64,000 bases of DNA from Lama guanicoe (taxonomy: Eukaryota), in the NCBI GenBank assembly GCA_013239625.1, contig MU054220.1, positions 7,971,367 to 8,035,366 on the forward strand, given 5' to 3'. Each line of letters opens with the position of its first letter. Positions within the stretch are counted from its first letter, which is position 1. The notes beneath the pieces are model-generated. The model worked only from the letters and a program-made list of their open reading frames with translations. It had not been told where the DNA came from and ran no database searches. Shown in pieces: positions 25,113 through 38,204 of the stretch. The position numbers were made by a program, and so were the translations under genes.

Positions 25113-25850
25113 ATGTTCATTCATTTATTTTATATTTATCAAGTATCTGATCTAGACCAGCCACTAAGTTATATGCGATATAAAAGAAAATACAGAGTTT
25201 TCAACTTAGAAAAATTCACAGGAGTCAGGCAGTATAACTGTAATACAGTGTGTTTTGCTATAGTGCATATACGCAAAATGATTATGGAGTCCATAAAATA
25301 AAGAAATTAACTCTGTGTAAGGAAGCCAGGAAAGAGTCACTGAAAAGAATCTTTCTCTGATCTGAACGCCTGATGGGGGGAAGATATTTCAGGCAAAGAG
25401 AGCAGTATCATCAAAGTCATGAAACAGAAAAAAAACCAAAACTGGTACACATGGTCCCTAAGGCACTGACACCACTTTACCTACGGCCAACGCATGAGAG
25501 TAGCAGGAGAGAAACACGTAGAAACGAGAGCACAGAGGTATAGAAAAACATGTCGTAAAGGCCCACAGACACAATGCTGAGACGTGGGACCTGGATCTTA
25601 TAAAAAGTTGTGCACATCTAAATACTTTGGTTATATTTCTAAATATGATTATATTTGTCCTTTAGAAAAATTATTGTAGATGTGAAGATTAAAATTGGGA
25701 GGATGTTGGAGAATTTAAAAAAAGAGAGAGTTATAATGATCTACGCAAGAGATAATGAGGGATGGGACAATGACTGAAACGGTAGTGATGGATGAAGGCA
25801 GGGTGGACATGAGCACGAGCCTGATTAGACGTAAGAGCTGGGGAAAAGTT
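25113..25850 (-). mobile_element. L2 LINE relic
   Basis: Begins 'ttcattcatttattt'; contains 'atttcaggcaaagagagcagtatc' and 'caagagataatgagggatgggacaatgactgaaacggtagtgatggatga'. Confidence 0.65.
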
Positions 25851-27319
25851 GAACATGGACCTCCAGAATCTACCACAATGCTTAGCATGGAACAGACTGT
25901 CAAAGTACGTTGTAAGAAGAATGAATTGGGGTTTCCAAATGGAAAACAGAACTTTTCTAGCAACTCTTCCCCATTCCTCAACCTCCCCATCCTTTGCTAC
26001 CCTAAATATAAAAGACTTTTGTCTATTCTTTGAGGTTCATTTCCTATTAACATACTATTCTTTCTCCTTTTCCTGTTCTTTTCATGCCAGGGTTTTGTTT
26101 CTGATTCTATATAGTCCATATGGATCACAATCAAAAGCAATTCTCTGCTAAAAAGAAAAAAAAAAAAAGACTTCAGAACCATCCCTTGGGAATTATAGAA
26201 TGGCCTGAACCATGACTTCACACATGGAAAGGATGAGAGCAAGGATCTGAATCAATTTTCTTTATTTCACTGGGGAAAGAGACTCACTGATTTTATACAT
26301 GAAACCACCCACCATACATTTTCCACTTGTTGGAAATGCATCTTGACGGCTAATATATTAATCATGAAATATGCAATAGATTTTTATAGCTGTGGATAAC
26401 TAGCATGTTGGCATGTTGATTTCAAGGCAGTTCATCAAATTGGAATATTTAGAAGAGAAAGAATGACATGGAAGTAATACATTTAGTAGGCAAGGGGAGT
26501 GATTAGAGCTAACAGCAAAATTTTTAAAATGTGACACAATCAATGACTATCAAAAATATCACAAATCATGAGATCGTTAAACTAAAGCAAAAATTCTCAC
26601 ACAGAATTTCAGAAACACCATTTAGATTTTACTGACTTCAGTCAAATTATTTACGCTTCTTGAGTTACTTTTTGAACACATGTAATACTTATTTCAAGAT
26701 TCATGCAAACATAAGGAAAAGCAAAAAATAAGCCAGGGTTTTGTAAATTCCTTTGTAACAATACACTTCTAAATTCCACATGCAACTTGTATGACTTCCT
26801 AATTAACCTTTAAACAAAACAGTGACTATATCCTATTATTATTTAATTAGGTAGAAATGCTAGACTTTATTCATCTGCATATTTTCTGATAAATTCCCAG
26901 ATATCTCCAAGATAACATCCCCTGGATTTTTCAAATAATCTTGAAACACCCCTGAACTTATCCACATACCGATTTCTAACTTGTGATGTAAAGACATCCA
27001 AAAGCAACAACCAGTAAAAAGAGAAACACGCCACGTGACTTGGTCTGTCACAGGTCTCTGATTGCCTGAATACCTTTAGATGGACTGAATATATTCTGAA
27101 CGTCTTCAGAAGGACTGCTTTGTGACTAAAAGCAAGACATCTTGACAAGATGTAAGGATGCAAAAAATAACCGTCAAGGTTGGTCTACATAGTTTTGAAT
27201 CAGTGAAACTGTTACTCACCAATACTGGCCATGTGTCCTGAATTTGGAAGAAGGAGAGGTGGTAAGAAAAGAATAACACATATTCTATGTCCTCCTGGAG
27301 ATTATTATGGGGGAAAATA

Positions 27320-27490
27320 ATTGGGATGTGAAGTCCTGCTCCTTTGATTCATACTGATACTCTGATTTCCTCATCTGTGAAATGGAAATAATAACTCTCT
27401 TATTTACCTGTTGTATGTAGGAAATGAGAAGCGTCAACTTGAACAATTTTCCAAACTGTAATGAGGTGTACAAATTAAATGCATGATTAT
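27320..27490 (+). mobile_element. MIR SINE
   Basis: 'tttcctcatctgtgaaatggaaataataac'. Confidence 0.6.
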
Positions 27491-28361
27491 AAATGTTACA
27501 TTTCTTCTTACAGAGCCTAGGAAATCTTTAGGTCTTTCGAAAAGCCTTTCTTACACTCTTCCCCTTCACTTTTCATTCCAAGGTTTCTTTCTTAGAGTTT
27601 ACCTACACTGTGGACTCTAACAACCTCCTTAACAGTGTTTCATGCCCAAGCAAAAAAGTTTGTTCAGCTCCTTCAATTGTAACACAGATGTGCCATCACT
27701 TTCCCTGACCCTCCCCGCTGACTTTATAGTAATTGTAAGAGTGCTTCTTTGGTGCTGATAAGATATTATTTACTTATTTTTCTTATTCTCAAGAGCATAT
27801 TTTGAACCCTTACCAAATACCTCAGCACATTTTTAGAGATGGATGAGAGCTTGCTTGCATTTGCAAATGCCCTGATTCCCAGGGTCATCTCAAAACGTGT
27901 TTAGTGTTGTCCCCCAGGAGAAACCTTTCTGCCTCCCTCTCCCCACACGTTTCTCCCCTGGGGAAAACTACATTGCTGAGAAGCTGCAACTACTTCAATA
28001 CATCCCACTTCCCAGGAAAAGTGCACGTTTTCCCCTAGGAATTAGCAAATGAACATGATATTTTCCTATTGTTTCCCTACCTCCAAGTCAGGAAGAAAAT
28101 CAAAACAAGGCTCTTGGGTTGTGTTAACAGTTTTCTGGCTTCGAAACCCACATGCCCATTAATAATAAGTAACTTCTGCTGGGCTCATGGGTGAACTAAG
28201 ACCATAGTCAGTGGCATTTTCTGTCCTTTAGGCAATGATTTCCCTAATTACAGAGAAAGCTGAACCGTGTACTACCTTGAGGAGACAAGGGAATTGAAAC
28301 CAGATAAATATTTAAGCAGTGGCAAGAGGCTATCAAATCCTGAATTCTCATTTCTCTAGAC

Positions 28362-29111
28362 CAGTGCTGCTCAAACTATGTAGTAAAGGACCATTTAAGA
28401 AATATATTCTGTTTTTATAAATTATTTTTCGTTGAAGTATAGTCAGTTTACAATGTTGTGTCAATTTCTGGGGTACAGCACAATGTTTCAGTCATACATG
28501 TACTTACATAGACTCCTTTTCAAACTCTTTTTCATTATAGGTTACTACAAGATATTGAATATAGTTCCCTGTGCTATACAGAAGAAACATGTTGTTTATC
28601 TATTTTTATATAGTAGTCTGTATTTGCATATCTTGAACTCCCAATTTATCCCTCCCCACCCTCTTTCCCCCTGGTAACCATAAGTTTGTTTTCACGTCTA
28701 TGAGTCTGTTTCTGTTTTGTAAATAAGGTCTTTTGTGCCTCTTTTTTTTTTTTTTAAAGATTTCACATACAAGTAAGATCATCTGGCTGGCATTTTTCTT
28801 TCTCTTTCTGGCTTACTTCACTTAGAATGACTATCATCTCCAGGTCCATCCATGTTGGATGGACCAAAAATCAGTCCAACACAAGGCTACCACCTATGCC
28901 TCATCAGGAGAGCTCCACAACAATCGAAGTATTCTATAGTCTGTTCTAAAATAAGTGTATCCGTTAGTACACTTGGAAGTTGCAACAATGACAACGTGTT
29001 ATAAATTTTCTATACACATTCTTTCAATTTCTGTACCAGTCTTATATGGACCAGTAACATACAGTTCACAGAGAGGTGCCATGCTAAGAGCCATACACTG
29101 AAGCAGCAGAG
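28362..29111 (-). mobile_element. Charlie4a-like hAT DNA transposon, interrupted by an L1 fragment
   Basis: Terminus 'cagtgctgctcaaac' preceded by a hAT-Charlie-type target 'ctctagac' (28354-28361). 28900-29110 ('tcaatttctgtacc...ggaccagtaacatacagttcacag') matches the reverse complement of the recalled Charlie4 start. Confidence 0.68.
28420..28858 (-). mobile_element. Young LINE-1 3' UTR fragment, camelid type
   Basis: 'ttgaagtatagtcagtttacaatgttgtgtcaatttctgg...ataggttactacaagatattgaatatagttccctgtgctatacagaagaaa...ctccaggtccatccatgttg'. Confidence 0.9.
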
Positions 29112-29409
29112 TTAAAGAGGAGCTTTTTAGAAATATCCCTATCTCTAAATTCTCACTGCACAGAAAAGCAGTCTTATTTCTATTGAAATAAGAGTTAATG
29201 CAGAAGCAGTTAGCGAATAAAGAAGTCCCTCTAATGTTGTGACATACATAAAAAAACAAAGTTTGCTGCCATTTTCCAAGTTCCTGCCTTTGCTTCATAC
29301 AAACAAGAAGAGTTAAGCTCCCCGGATGACTGAAACACAAATAAATACCCAAAATGGCCTAACCTGTAACAGTGCAAGTCATCTCAGTAAAAATTTTGTT
29401 CATGGCAAA

Positions 29410-29585
29410 AAGCCCTGGAGGGAAAATCAACAGAGCAGTTACGAACTCTTCCGTGTTACTCAACAATCGTGTAGTCTTTGACCATCACTTAACTCCGCTG
29501 GACTACACCTTCTCATTTGTAAAATGAGATGATAAGTCAGATGGTCTATTTACATGTCCTTTTTACGTCTAAGATTATAGATTCA
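29410..29585 (+). mobile_element. MIR-family SINE
   Basis: 'tcacttaactccgctggactacaccttctcatttgtaaaatgagatgat...tctaagattatagattc'. Confidence 0.6.
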
Positions 29586-32409
29586 GTGCCCCTTTGAAAC
29601 GTATAGTCTCCCTCCTGATCTTCCATTATGATAAGAAAGGTCTAATGTCACAATACATCAATCACAATTTCTCCATTCTTTCCTGGAGTTTTCCCAGAAT
29701 AAACCACCACTGATGGAAAGATCACTGAAGGCAATAACATAAAGTAGAAAATACAGTCCATTATTGTAACTGTAGGAATTTACCAAAATTTTAGCTTCTT
29801 GATTAGGACTGTGAATCACACCTGAGTTGCTTAAATTCAAACAGATGAGACAGCACCCTTCAAAAATTAGAATTCTGCTCTTGATATGATTAAATCTTGA
29901 TGTGACTGTATGTTTCAGGAGATAATTACAGTACAGTAAATGGGGTTGTGCAAACAGTCAACTTTTACTCTAATGGCTTGCATGAGAAGAGTTCAGTCCG
30001 ACAACCTGGCCTTCTAAAGAGATACTAAATGAGACAAGGGGGAGAAACTCCAGTTAAAAATAACTCTGAGAAATTGTGACGGATGAAGGAACTGATATAA
30101 AATACAGTCAAAACCGGGAGCGAAAATAAAGACTTGCTGTGAACATGAAAGCCATTAGGGACCCCCAGGTATTTTATGTTGAGCCAAGAACAAGTGAAGG
30201 AGAAAATACTTTGGAAGGTCTGTTGGAAATTGTCCAAAAAGCCTTGGAAGACGATTTTGTGACTACCTACAGAAAGTGACAAGGGTGAAAAACAGAGATG
30301 GAAAAATTCAATGGGAACGTGGGAAGTTATTTCCTAAGCATTTTTTTGGCATAAAATAATTTGTCCAAGAGAGTCATAATGATCTAAAGAATATACTTCA
30401 AGCTGAGTTTCAACCCAAGAATATTAGGTCCACGTGGTTCCAGAAACAGATGACTCTAAACCCTCTATGGGGATGACATATAAAATGCCGTGTGTTTTCT
30501 GAACAGCATGATCACCTGCAATCTTATCCACTTCCGTTACGTATTTTTCTGTTGAACTGCTTAATAGTTTAAGCTTGTAGGCGATTCTAGTAGAGCAGCC
30601 TATTAATGAGTGAATGAGGTTTTACAGTGCCAACAATCTTGACCAACAATTTCTCAGAGAAGTCTATGGAAATAGTAGTTCAATTTGCTTATCGAAAAAC
30701 TGTTACACATATTACAGACTATGTGAATCATCTACTTAATCCTTAGAATTTCTCAGATAAAAAAAATATTGTCAAAGTTCCCTGAATAAGCCATTCAGAT
30801 GTCATAATTGAATTTCCAACAAAATACCTCATTGTATGATATCACAAAGAGATATACAGCTGTTAAAATCACACATAGAAAGACGATTCTTACTAATTTA
30901 GATGCATGCCATTTACGAGTTATTCTTTCAATCAACTGTAACTTACGCGATATAAATAGGCCTATGAATCACTTACTGATTTAAGCACTAGAGCATTTGT
31001 TACGTCTATTCCCTCTTTCAATTATTGATATGTCAGCTTTCCCTTTTTCTCTTGCCCTTTTTCTTGATCAAATCCATTGCTCAAAACTACTGGGAAAAAA
31101 ATCCTTTGAACTACACTTTCATGTTGGCATTTACCTATTTAGGACCTAAAGGAGACTGAAACTTAAAGTTATGTTAGATCCAAGTTCAAATTTAATTCAG
31201 TAAATAAATATACATAGAAGCATGTTCTACAAGCTTAGACTCATCTGTGATCCCATGTTATTTTGCAGGTGGAGTGCCCCACACTCCAAGATGTCAATTT
31301 TTTCAGCCCTGGCAATGCACACCAATCAAACCTATCAACTTGCTCTTTGAGGAGAAATTAAACCATGGCTAACTCCACCTTACTCAGAATTCTTTAGCCT
31401 TTTCATTGTGTTCTGTACAGAAATGAGCATGAAATGAGTTAAATGGTAAATCTCTCTAAGGAATTATTACATATGTTTAAAATCACTGAACTTAAAAGAC
31501 AAATTAATAAAAAAAAATGTGGTATCCAGAGAGGGAACACAAGGCAAGTAGCTTTTCTTAATTAATACTTTGACAACAAGGCGGGGAGGCAGCCAAACTG
31601 CTATTTGTTTAAAGGTGTTCTATGTAACAAGCTCTATTTGAGACTGTAATAATCATTTTCTCCTTTAACCCTCAAAAATATTCTAAAAGACGGACATTAG
31701 TATTCATTGTCTAAAATAAATGACACATTCAGAACTTAAACCATTATCTTGTTGTAAAAACAATGCTGCTCTTTACAAAGCACCACACCACCCCCTCAGA
31801 AATCTGTGCTGAGCATATTCCAAAGTGTCCTATGCACAGCGTACCAAGTTAATATGCTTGCAGTTGTGGTCTGGACCATCATTTGAAGGGTACTGAACAC
31901 CAGAACTTATCTGGAAAAGAAATCATCACTTTTACACACCTCTATAGGTGCTAGCGGAAAATAATTCTTCACTGATATACTTTGTGCAAAAACTATTATA
32001 GCAGCCAGGAAATCCTGGTTCAGTTGCTTTGCTTTCCATCAGCCCAACACGTCCCACATATTTGGCAGCTGCCCATCGGAATGTCCTGCACAATTTGCCT
32101 ACTGTCTCCTTTCTATGAAATGACTCTATTCTCTAGTACAGAAGCAATGACGATAGGATTCTCTCTAGAGAATCACAGACAAGATCGCTGGCTTTCCTAC
32201 ACTTCTCTACTCTTGTGATGAGGCCTGAGAGATCACGTTTCTTCTTTGAATACTGCTTTTGACATCAATTGAGAGTGGTGAGAGCTGCACACAATCCCAG
32301 CGTTTCCTTTTGACTTAACCCACCCTTTTCTCATTGGGAGGCCACTGGAGAGACAATCACCTCACAAGGCTCCTACTGACCATGCCGTTGAGGCCATTCT
32401 GAGTGAAGG

Positions 32410-32500
32410 CCCCCTCAGATCTGTAGAAATTCTAAAACTGATTCACACAAACAGATCGGTAGAATTTGCTCGGGGTAGAACCTAGATCTGCATTTATCTC
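32410..32500. mobile_element. Possible MER5-like hAT fragment
   Basis: 'agaatttgctcggggtagaacctagatctgcattt'. Confidence 0.35.
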
Positions 32501-32531
32501 ATGAGCCAACTTAGCATTTGTTGGGAGCCCT

Positions 32532-34833
32532 TATGGTGGGCCACGGCGAGCCACGCCTCCCGGTATTCGTGTGCTTTGGTAACGCCTTCCCCTCGGCTGG
32601 AGCGACTTGGGTCTGACACATGGGCTAGGGAAGAAGTACCTGCATGCCTCTGCAGATATTCAGTTATAAAAGACAGTGGCTTTTTTCTTGACTGCTCTTT
32701 CAGTCTCTCTATGGTTACCTGTTCTGGGGAAGCCAGCTGTCACATGACGAAGCAGCCCTGTGCAGATACCCACATGAGTGAGCTTGGAAGCAGAACTTTT
32801 GAAGGCTGCCAACAGCCCGACGGGAGAGCTGGAGACAGGTCCTCCAGCCCCAGTTGTGTGCTGAAGTGACAGTCCTCAGCCAACAGCTCTACATCAACCA
32901 CAGCAGAAAGCCTGCGTCCCAGGCATCCAGAAACCTAGACCCAGATTCTTAACCACAGAAACTGTGAGACAGTAAATATTTGCTATTTTAAGCCACTCAA
33001 TATGGAAGCAATTTGTTATTCAGAAATAGACAGCTAAAACAGATTTTGGTTCCAGGAGAGGTGAGCCATGATAACAATTACCTAAAATGTGGGAATAATT
33101 TTGGAATCAGGAAGTAGAAAAAAGCAGGAGGAATTGTGGTTGACTTGCTAGACAAATCTAAAATTGCATTAGGCCGATTTTTAGCAGAAATCTGGACTTC
33201 AAGCATGCTGAACGGGAAGGCTCCAAAGCAAGAGAAGAGCAGGCGATTGTCTGGGCATCCTCCTTGCCTGCATTTACGTGGGGAGTGGAGAATGTGCCTA
33301 ACGAAGGGGCTGATCTAGCTAAGGAGATTTCTAAGCAGTGTGGAAGGTGCCAGCTTGTTTCTTCCAGATGCTACAGCAAACATAAGAGGAGATAGATTCA
33401 TAGAAATGAGGGTTGTTAAACAAAAAGAGACCAAGATTTGATGGTTTTTTAAATCCTCGACCTTTCCAGATGGCCTGCAGTACTAAAATTAAGAAATAGC
33501 TTTTTAAGCAAACATAAAATCTAGTCCACTGCCAGGAAAACTTGGTCAAAAGATAAAACCAAGAGTATGACTGGAAAAACTTTTGTTATAACTCAGAAGG
33601 ATAAAAGGTGGTGCCTTAAGTATTCAGTCACATAAAAGGCCCTTTAAGAAAGATTATTTCAGATCAGTTACCATACAACTAAAGACAGTCCAGACAGCTC
33701 AGAACCCACAGAAATTGCTCAAACTAGCCACTGCATACCCTACCTTCACTCTTCCTTCCTACAGAAACTACACTAAAGCTTCAGCCCACCAATCTCCTTG
33801 CTCTCTTTACCTTCTGACTGACTCCAGTGCTCCTGGGTGCGGGGTGCTATGCCTCCTGTTTCTTGCGAACTGTGAGTATAAACTTCTTTCTGACAGTCAT
33901 TTCCGCGTCTGTATGTCTTACCACACCTAAGCAAATCAAACCTTGGGTATCCTCAAACAGCTCCACCTGACTCCTTCTGCACAGGTTATCTGTAACAGTT
34001 GTCCTGTGCCATTTGACCACGGAAGACTGAGTATTTATGGAGTCAATAACTGTCTATTTATTAATCTCCGATGTAAATTTGAAATGAGGTTTCACATGAG
34101 GAGCTGTCCTAAAGGAACTGTCACCAGGTAACTTCCTCCACACCTACACCTGATTCAGAAGATGCAATTCTGGACCTTGAGCTGATGCTGCAGCAGGGTG
34201 AGGCTCTGGAGAACTTAGGAGGAAGTGAGCGCATGTTCCCTGTAGGCTGAAAGTGAATCATCGGGGGTGAGAGGGCAGATTGCAGTAGGCGGCCTATAAA
34301 TTAACCCCGATGATCCGCACCTCCTTGTAATTATGGGCCTATGTAATTACCTCCTCTTGAACCTACTGTAGGTTGGACCTACTGACTTGCTTCTGCTGAA
34401 GAGAGTATGGGAGATGTAGAAGGATGCCATTTCTGAGGTTAGGCTATAAAAAGACAGTGACTTCCTTTTTGGCCACTGTCTCACTCTCTCTTGGATCATT
34501 GGCTCTGTAGTAAACTAGCTGCCGTGTTGTGAGACAGCCCTGTAGAAACATGCAGTGAATGAGTCTGGAAGCAGATCTTCTCATGTTTGCCAACAAACAT
34601 GAGAAGGAGCTTGGAAGCATATTTTTTTTATCCCCAGTTGAGTCCTGATATAACTAACGGCCCAGCCAACAAACTGACCATAATTTCAATAGAGACTTAA
34701 GCGCTAAACACCCAGTAAGAGGCACTTGGAATGCAAACTCATCGGAGCTGAGATAATAAAGGTTTGTTTTAAGCCAATAATTTTGGGGGCATTATTATTA
34801 TTATTATTATTTTATGGAGCAATAGATAACACA
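32532..34833 (+). mobile_element. Two-LTR MaLR provirus: MLT1F-like 5' LTR (32532-33041), internal region, 3' LTR (34281-34833)
   Basis: Both LTRs share 'tataaaagacagtg', 'gagcttggaagca' and 'tttaagcca...aataga'. Internal region starts 'gattttggttccagg' and ends in the purine-rich 'gggggtgagagggcagat'. Confidence 0.85.
33670..33959 (+). mobile_element. ERV-L LTR 3' portion, MER74-like, inside the MLT1F internal region
   Basis: 'gcctcctgtttcttgcgaactgtgagtataaacttctttctgacagtcatttccgcgtctgtatgtcttaccacacct...cctcaaaca'. Confidence 0.7.
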
Positions 34834-35859
34834 TTTCTACGTTAACTCCCTTTCCTGGCTGCATGCTGAAATACAGACACTCAGTCTGGAAAAAAATATG
34901 CTAGGATAGATGAAGGAGTGCTTAGAAAATCTTCACTGAGGAATAAATAATTTATGTATCACTAACTCAGTTGGTAGTTTTGTTCTAAAAGTTCTCTTTT
35001 GGATTAAAGGTAATGAATCTCTCAATTAAGTTTTCTATGTTTTGAAATTCTATTGCTTCATAAACTTTAAATATGACACTAAAAAACTGAAAAAAAAACC
35101 TAAAATAATTTTTAGTTAGAAAACCAAAGTACTGATTTTTTTTTTTTTTTGGTTTACAACAAAACCTAACTTTTATTCTGTTTATTTGCATACACTTGTA
35201 AGACTTCTATCTTTGTATGCTATGGGAGCGCTATGAGAAAAAGAGACCATTCTGTTTTGGTCTTCAGCTCATTTTTGTAGTACATTATTGTGCACATACA
35301 AAGTGATAAGTGCATGTCTTCAAATTCATTTCTATACCTGTTATTATCATTGTTTGATTAATGAATTAACAAAGGAAAATGTAGAAAGAGAGCTGATAAA
35401 ACTGCGACACTGAGCACTTTTTGTCAATAACTTGGCAGAAATTAGGAGAGGAAGCTCATGATTTCAGGTCAGAATCCCACCATGTATTCCCTATATGGAC
35501 AAAACAGGCAAAACAAACAAATTCAACATCTTTAATGACTTCAGGAATTTTAGGTTGATTTATGAATCAGATAAAAATTTTATTTTCTTTACTTAAGTGC
35601 CTAAACTCTTGGGTATAGAAACATGCACAGAGCACTTTTAAAATCTTAAATGATATTAAATTTAGTACACTCACAATGCAAATACAAAACGATAGACATA
35701 TACCTTGTTATATTAAGAGAAGGGAGTAGACTGACTTAATATTTTGTGGGCTTTCATAGAAATTGACTGTGTTCCTGAGAAATATTTTATTATCCTTTTC
35801 TTCCTCACATTGAGACTGAAGGACTATTTATGTGCAAAGGACCCACTAGCAGAGGCATG

Positions 35860-36155
35860 TCTTGGCTCAAAGGCTTCTATTCATCATGGAAGTTATCTCC
35901 TAGATGTTTCCTTCCTTGTGAAGCACGTTCTGACCTTTCTTGCTAATACAGTGCTCTCCTGTCTCTGCTCAGATAGCAGGTGTATGTGACTTCCTTGTAT
36001 CTCTTTCTGTTGGAATAGTTAGTTTTGTTTTAGTTTTTGTCTGTCTCTTTCTCTACTAGACTAAACGTATCTGAGGGTAAGAACTGTGCTCAACAAAAGC
36101 ACCTAGACTCCTGCCTGGATATATTGACCAGAACTCTTTGCAAAATGCTCCCTGA
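35860..36155 (+). mobile_element. L2 3' region
   Basis: 'ctgtctctttctctactagactaaacgtatctgagggtaagaactgtg...gcacctagactcctgcctgg'. Confidence 0.5.
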
Positions 36156-36401
36156 ATTTGCCTTTTAAGAAAAAAACATTAAACCCCAAGGGATTCTTTC
36201 TCACTATAAATGTAGGAGATTCCTCCAAGTGGGCCAGAGAGTGCTGCCTTTTACTGTAATCTTACAGTTAACTCATTATCCTGTTCTTGCGATACAATGA
36301 ATGCACAATAAAAATTCTGAACTATATTCGAAAAGAATATATTAAATAGGAAATTATACTGTGTTTAAGAGCTAGATTCCATTTATTGATATTTGCTGAC
36401 A

Positions 36402-36740
36402 GCGCTTAGCCTCCCCTCTCTCATCCTCCGTCCCACATCTAGGTAGGCTGCTAAGAAAGGCTGGATGCCCACCCTCCCCTCCCCACCAACCTTGGCATTG
36501 CCAAGAGATTCAAACGTCAAGTCCCGGCTCATAAGCGAAAATCTTCATGAACTCCACCCACCGAGCACAACTGAAGAGCCAAGCCAGTCTCCTTCAACTG
36601 CTCTCTCAAGTCAATTTCGGCCCATTTTTGGAAACCTGCCTTGTTCTCCCCGGAAACCATCCATAATACAAGTAATAAACCTTTCCGCACCTTCTTGGTT
36701 ATGTGTCTGGTGTCATCAGCCTTGGGAATGAAACAATCCC
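36402..36740 (+). mobile_element. ERV-L LTR, MER54-like (partial)
   Basis: 'ccaagccagtctccttcaactgctctctcaagtcaatttcgg...cctgccttgttctcccc...agtaataaaccttt...tgtcatcagc'. Confidence 0.7.
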
Positions 36741-36879
36741 ACGTGGATAAATCAAAAGAGAATCGAATTAGTACTTATTTTTCTGAGTATGATTAGGTCT
36801 AAAGACACTTTTAGTTTTATATTTAAAATTGGTGCATGCGGTAAGAAAATCTCTCACCACAGAAAAACTTAGCGGAATC

Positions 36880-37895
36880 CCAATTTATAACTGTAATTTG
36901 ATCCCCAGGATTAATTACAATCATGAAGGTTGTCAATTGGTACATTTTAGCAATATTAATGCTGTGGTTCTACCCATTAAGACCTCTTTAGACAAAATTA
37001 TTGAAATTACTGAGTCCCATTCAACCATAAACCAACAAATACTGACAAAGGAGCTCACAGAAAGAGGGGAAGCCACTGCTCTACACATCATGCAATACTC
37101 CACCACATCAGTTAAATTTCTGGAAATTATTTGGTAAGCCGAGGGTTGTACTCTGAGACTGCCAAGAAGCAGCTATCGACTCTCAGCATTCACAACTTCT
37201 TTTAGACTCTTTATGTGCTAAGAGGCAACATATTTCTCATTACAAATTTGACTTTAGCTTATTTGCATTGTTACTTGCAAACTGGCCCATTTTTGAGGCC
37301 TCCCTCCAACAAAAGCCTGTAGAATCTGTCCAGATCCATTAATGGCCCCAGAGATTGCTCTCAGTAGGTGCTTTAGCAACATCCTCTCATGCTTCCCAGA
37401 CTGTCTAGACCATCCAGGAGGGCCATAAGTTGTCTACTGACTTCTGGTACAAGAAATCACTCTCCTCAGCCCTGTGATATACACCATTAATGCAGCAATT
37501 GCTAACCACATAAATAAGCTGCATTAATAGGTGCTCTTGGAAACAGGCTCTCATGGGCCCTGAACCTGCGACTCTGTACCCAGCTGCCTGTTATGCCTTA
37601 GGCCATGAAACAGCACCCCACAGATGCGGCAAGACTACCAAGATTTCCTTGCTCCAAAATGGAGCCAAAGATAGGCCCTCTGGTATATCCCACCTGCAAA
37701 AGGGGGAGGTCTCTCCTATCCTTAGTCCCTTGCCAGATGTCATGGTCCTGGAGGGGGTCAGACCTCTTCCAAACCCACTGGTTACGTGGGTTTCCCTTAG
37801 GACCCAGTGAGTCAACGGCAACTGAGTTCATCTACTTTATATAAGGCATTGTCACCATCACACAGGATGCAGTTCAGTGGAGAGTTGCTACTTTT
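36880..37895 (+). pseudogene. pol: Decayed ERV-L pol (reverse transcriptase, connection and RNase H remnants)
   Basis: Translations NINAVVLPIK...IIEIT and QYSTTSVKFLEIIW (cf. ERV-L QGPATSVKFLG..W); from 37421 GHKLSTDFWYKKSLSSAL*YTPLMQQLL (cf. PLGFWSKALPSSA.NYSPFEKQLL); YFI*GIVTITQDAVQWRVATF (RNase H start). Stops, frameshifts and deletions throughout. Confidence 0.75.
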
Positions 37896-37904
37896 AAACA
37901 CTTA

Positions 37905-37950
37905 ATAATTAGTCTCAGTATCTGAACCAAATTTGGGGTGGGGCTCCATC
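37905..37950 (+). mobile_element. Terminal remnant of a MER54-like 3' LTR
   Basis: 'attagtctcagtatctgaaccaaatttggggtggggctccatcc' resembles the recalled end of MER54-type LTRs. Confidence 0.45.
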
Positions 37951-38204
37951 CTTCTTTTTACATGATTACAATATATACATTTGCTTAAATCCTCTATTTT
38001 TCCTATTGCCAAATAATTTCAAGTATTTGGGTTAAAACTTTTTGAAAGTCTATAACTAGCATATACTATCTCTTTAAGATGCTGTACATTTTTACATTTA
38101 TGGTTACTCACTTTTAACTTTGTTTTTTTTCCCTTGGAAAACACTGTACATCACTTATGGTACTTTGAGCGCCTATTACTGTATTCTTTAAAATAGGAAA
38201 TACA

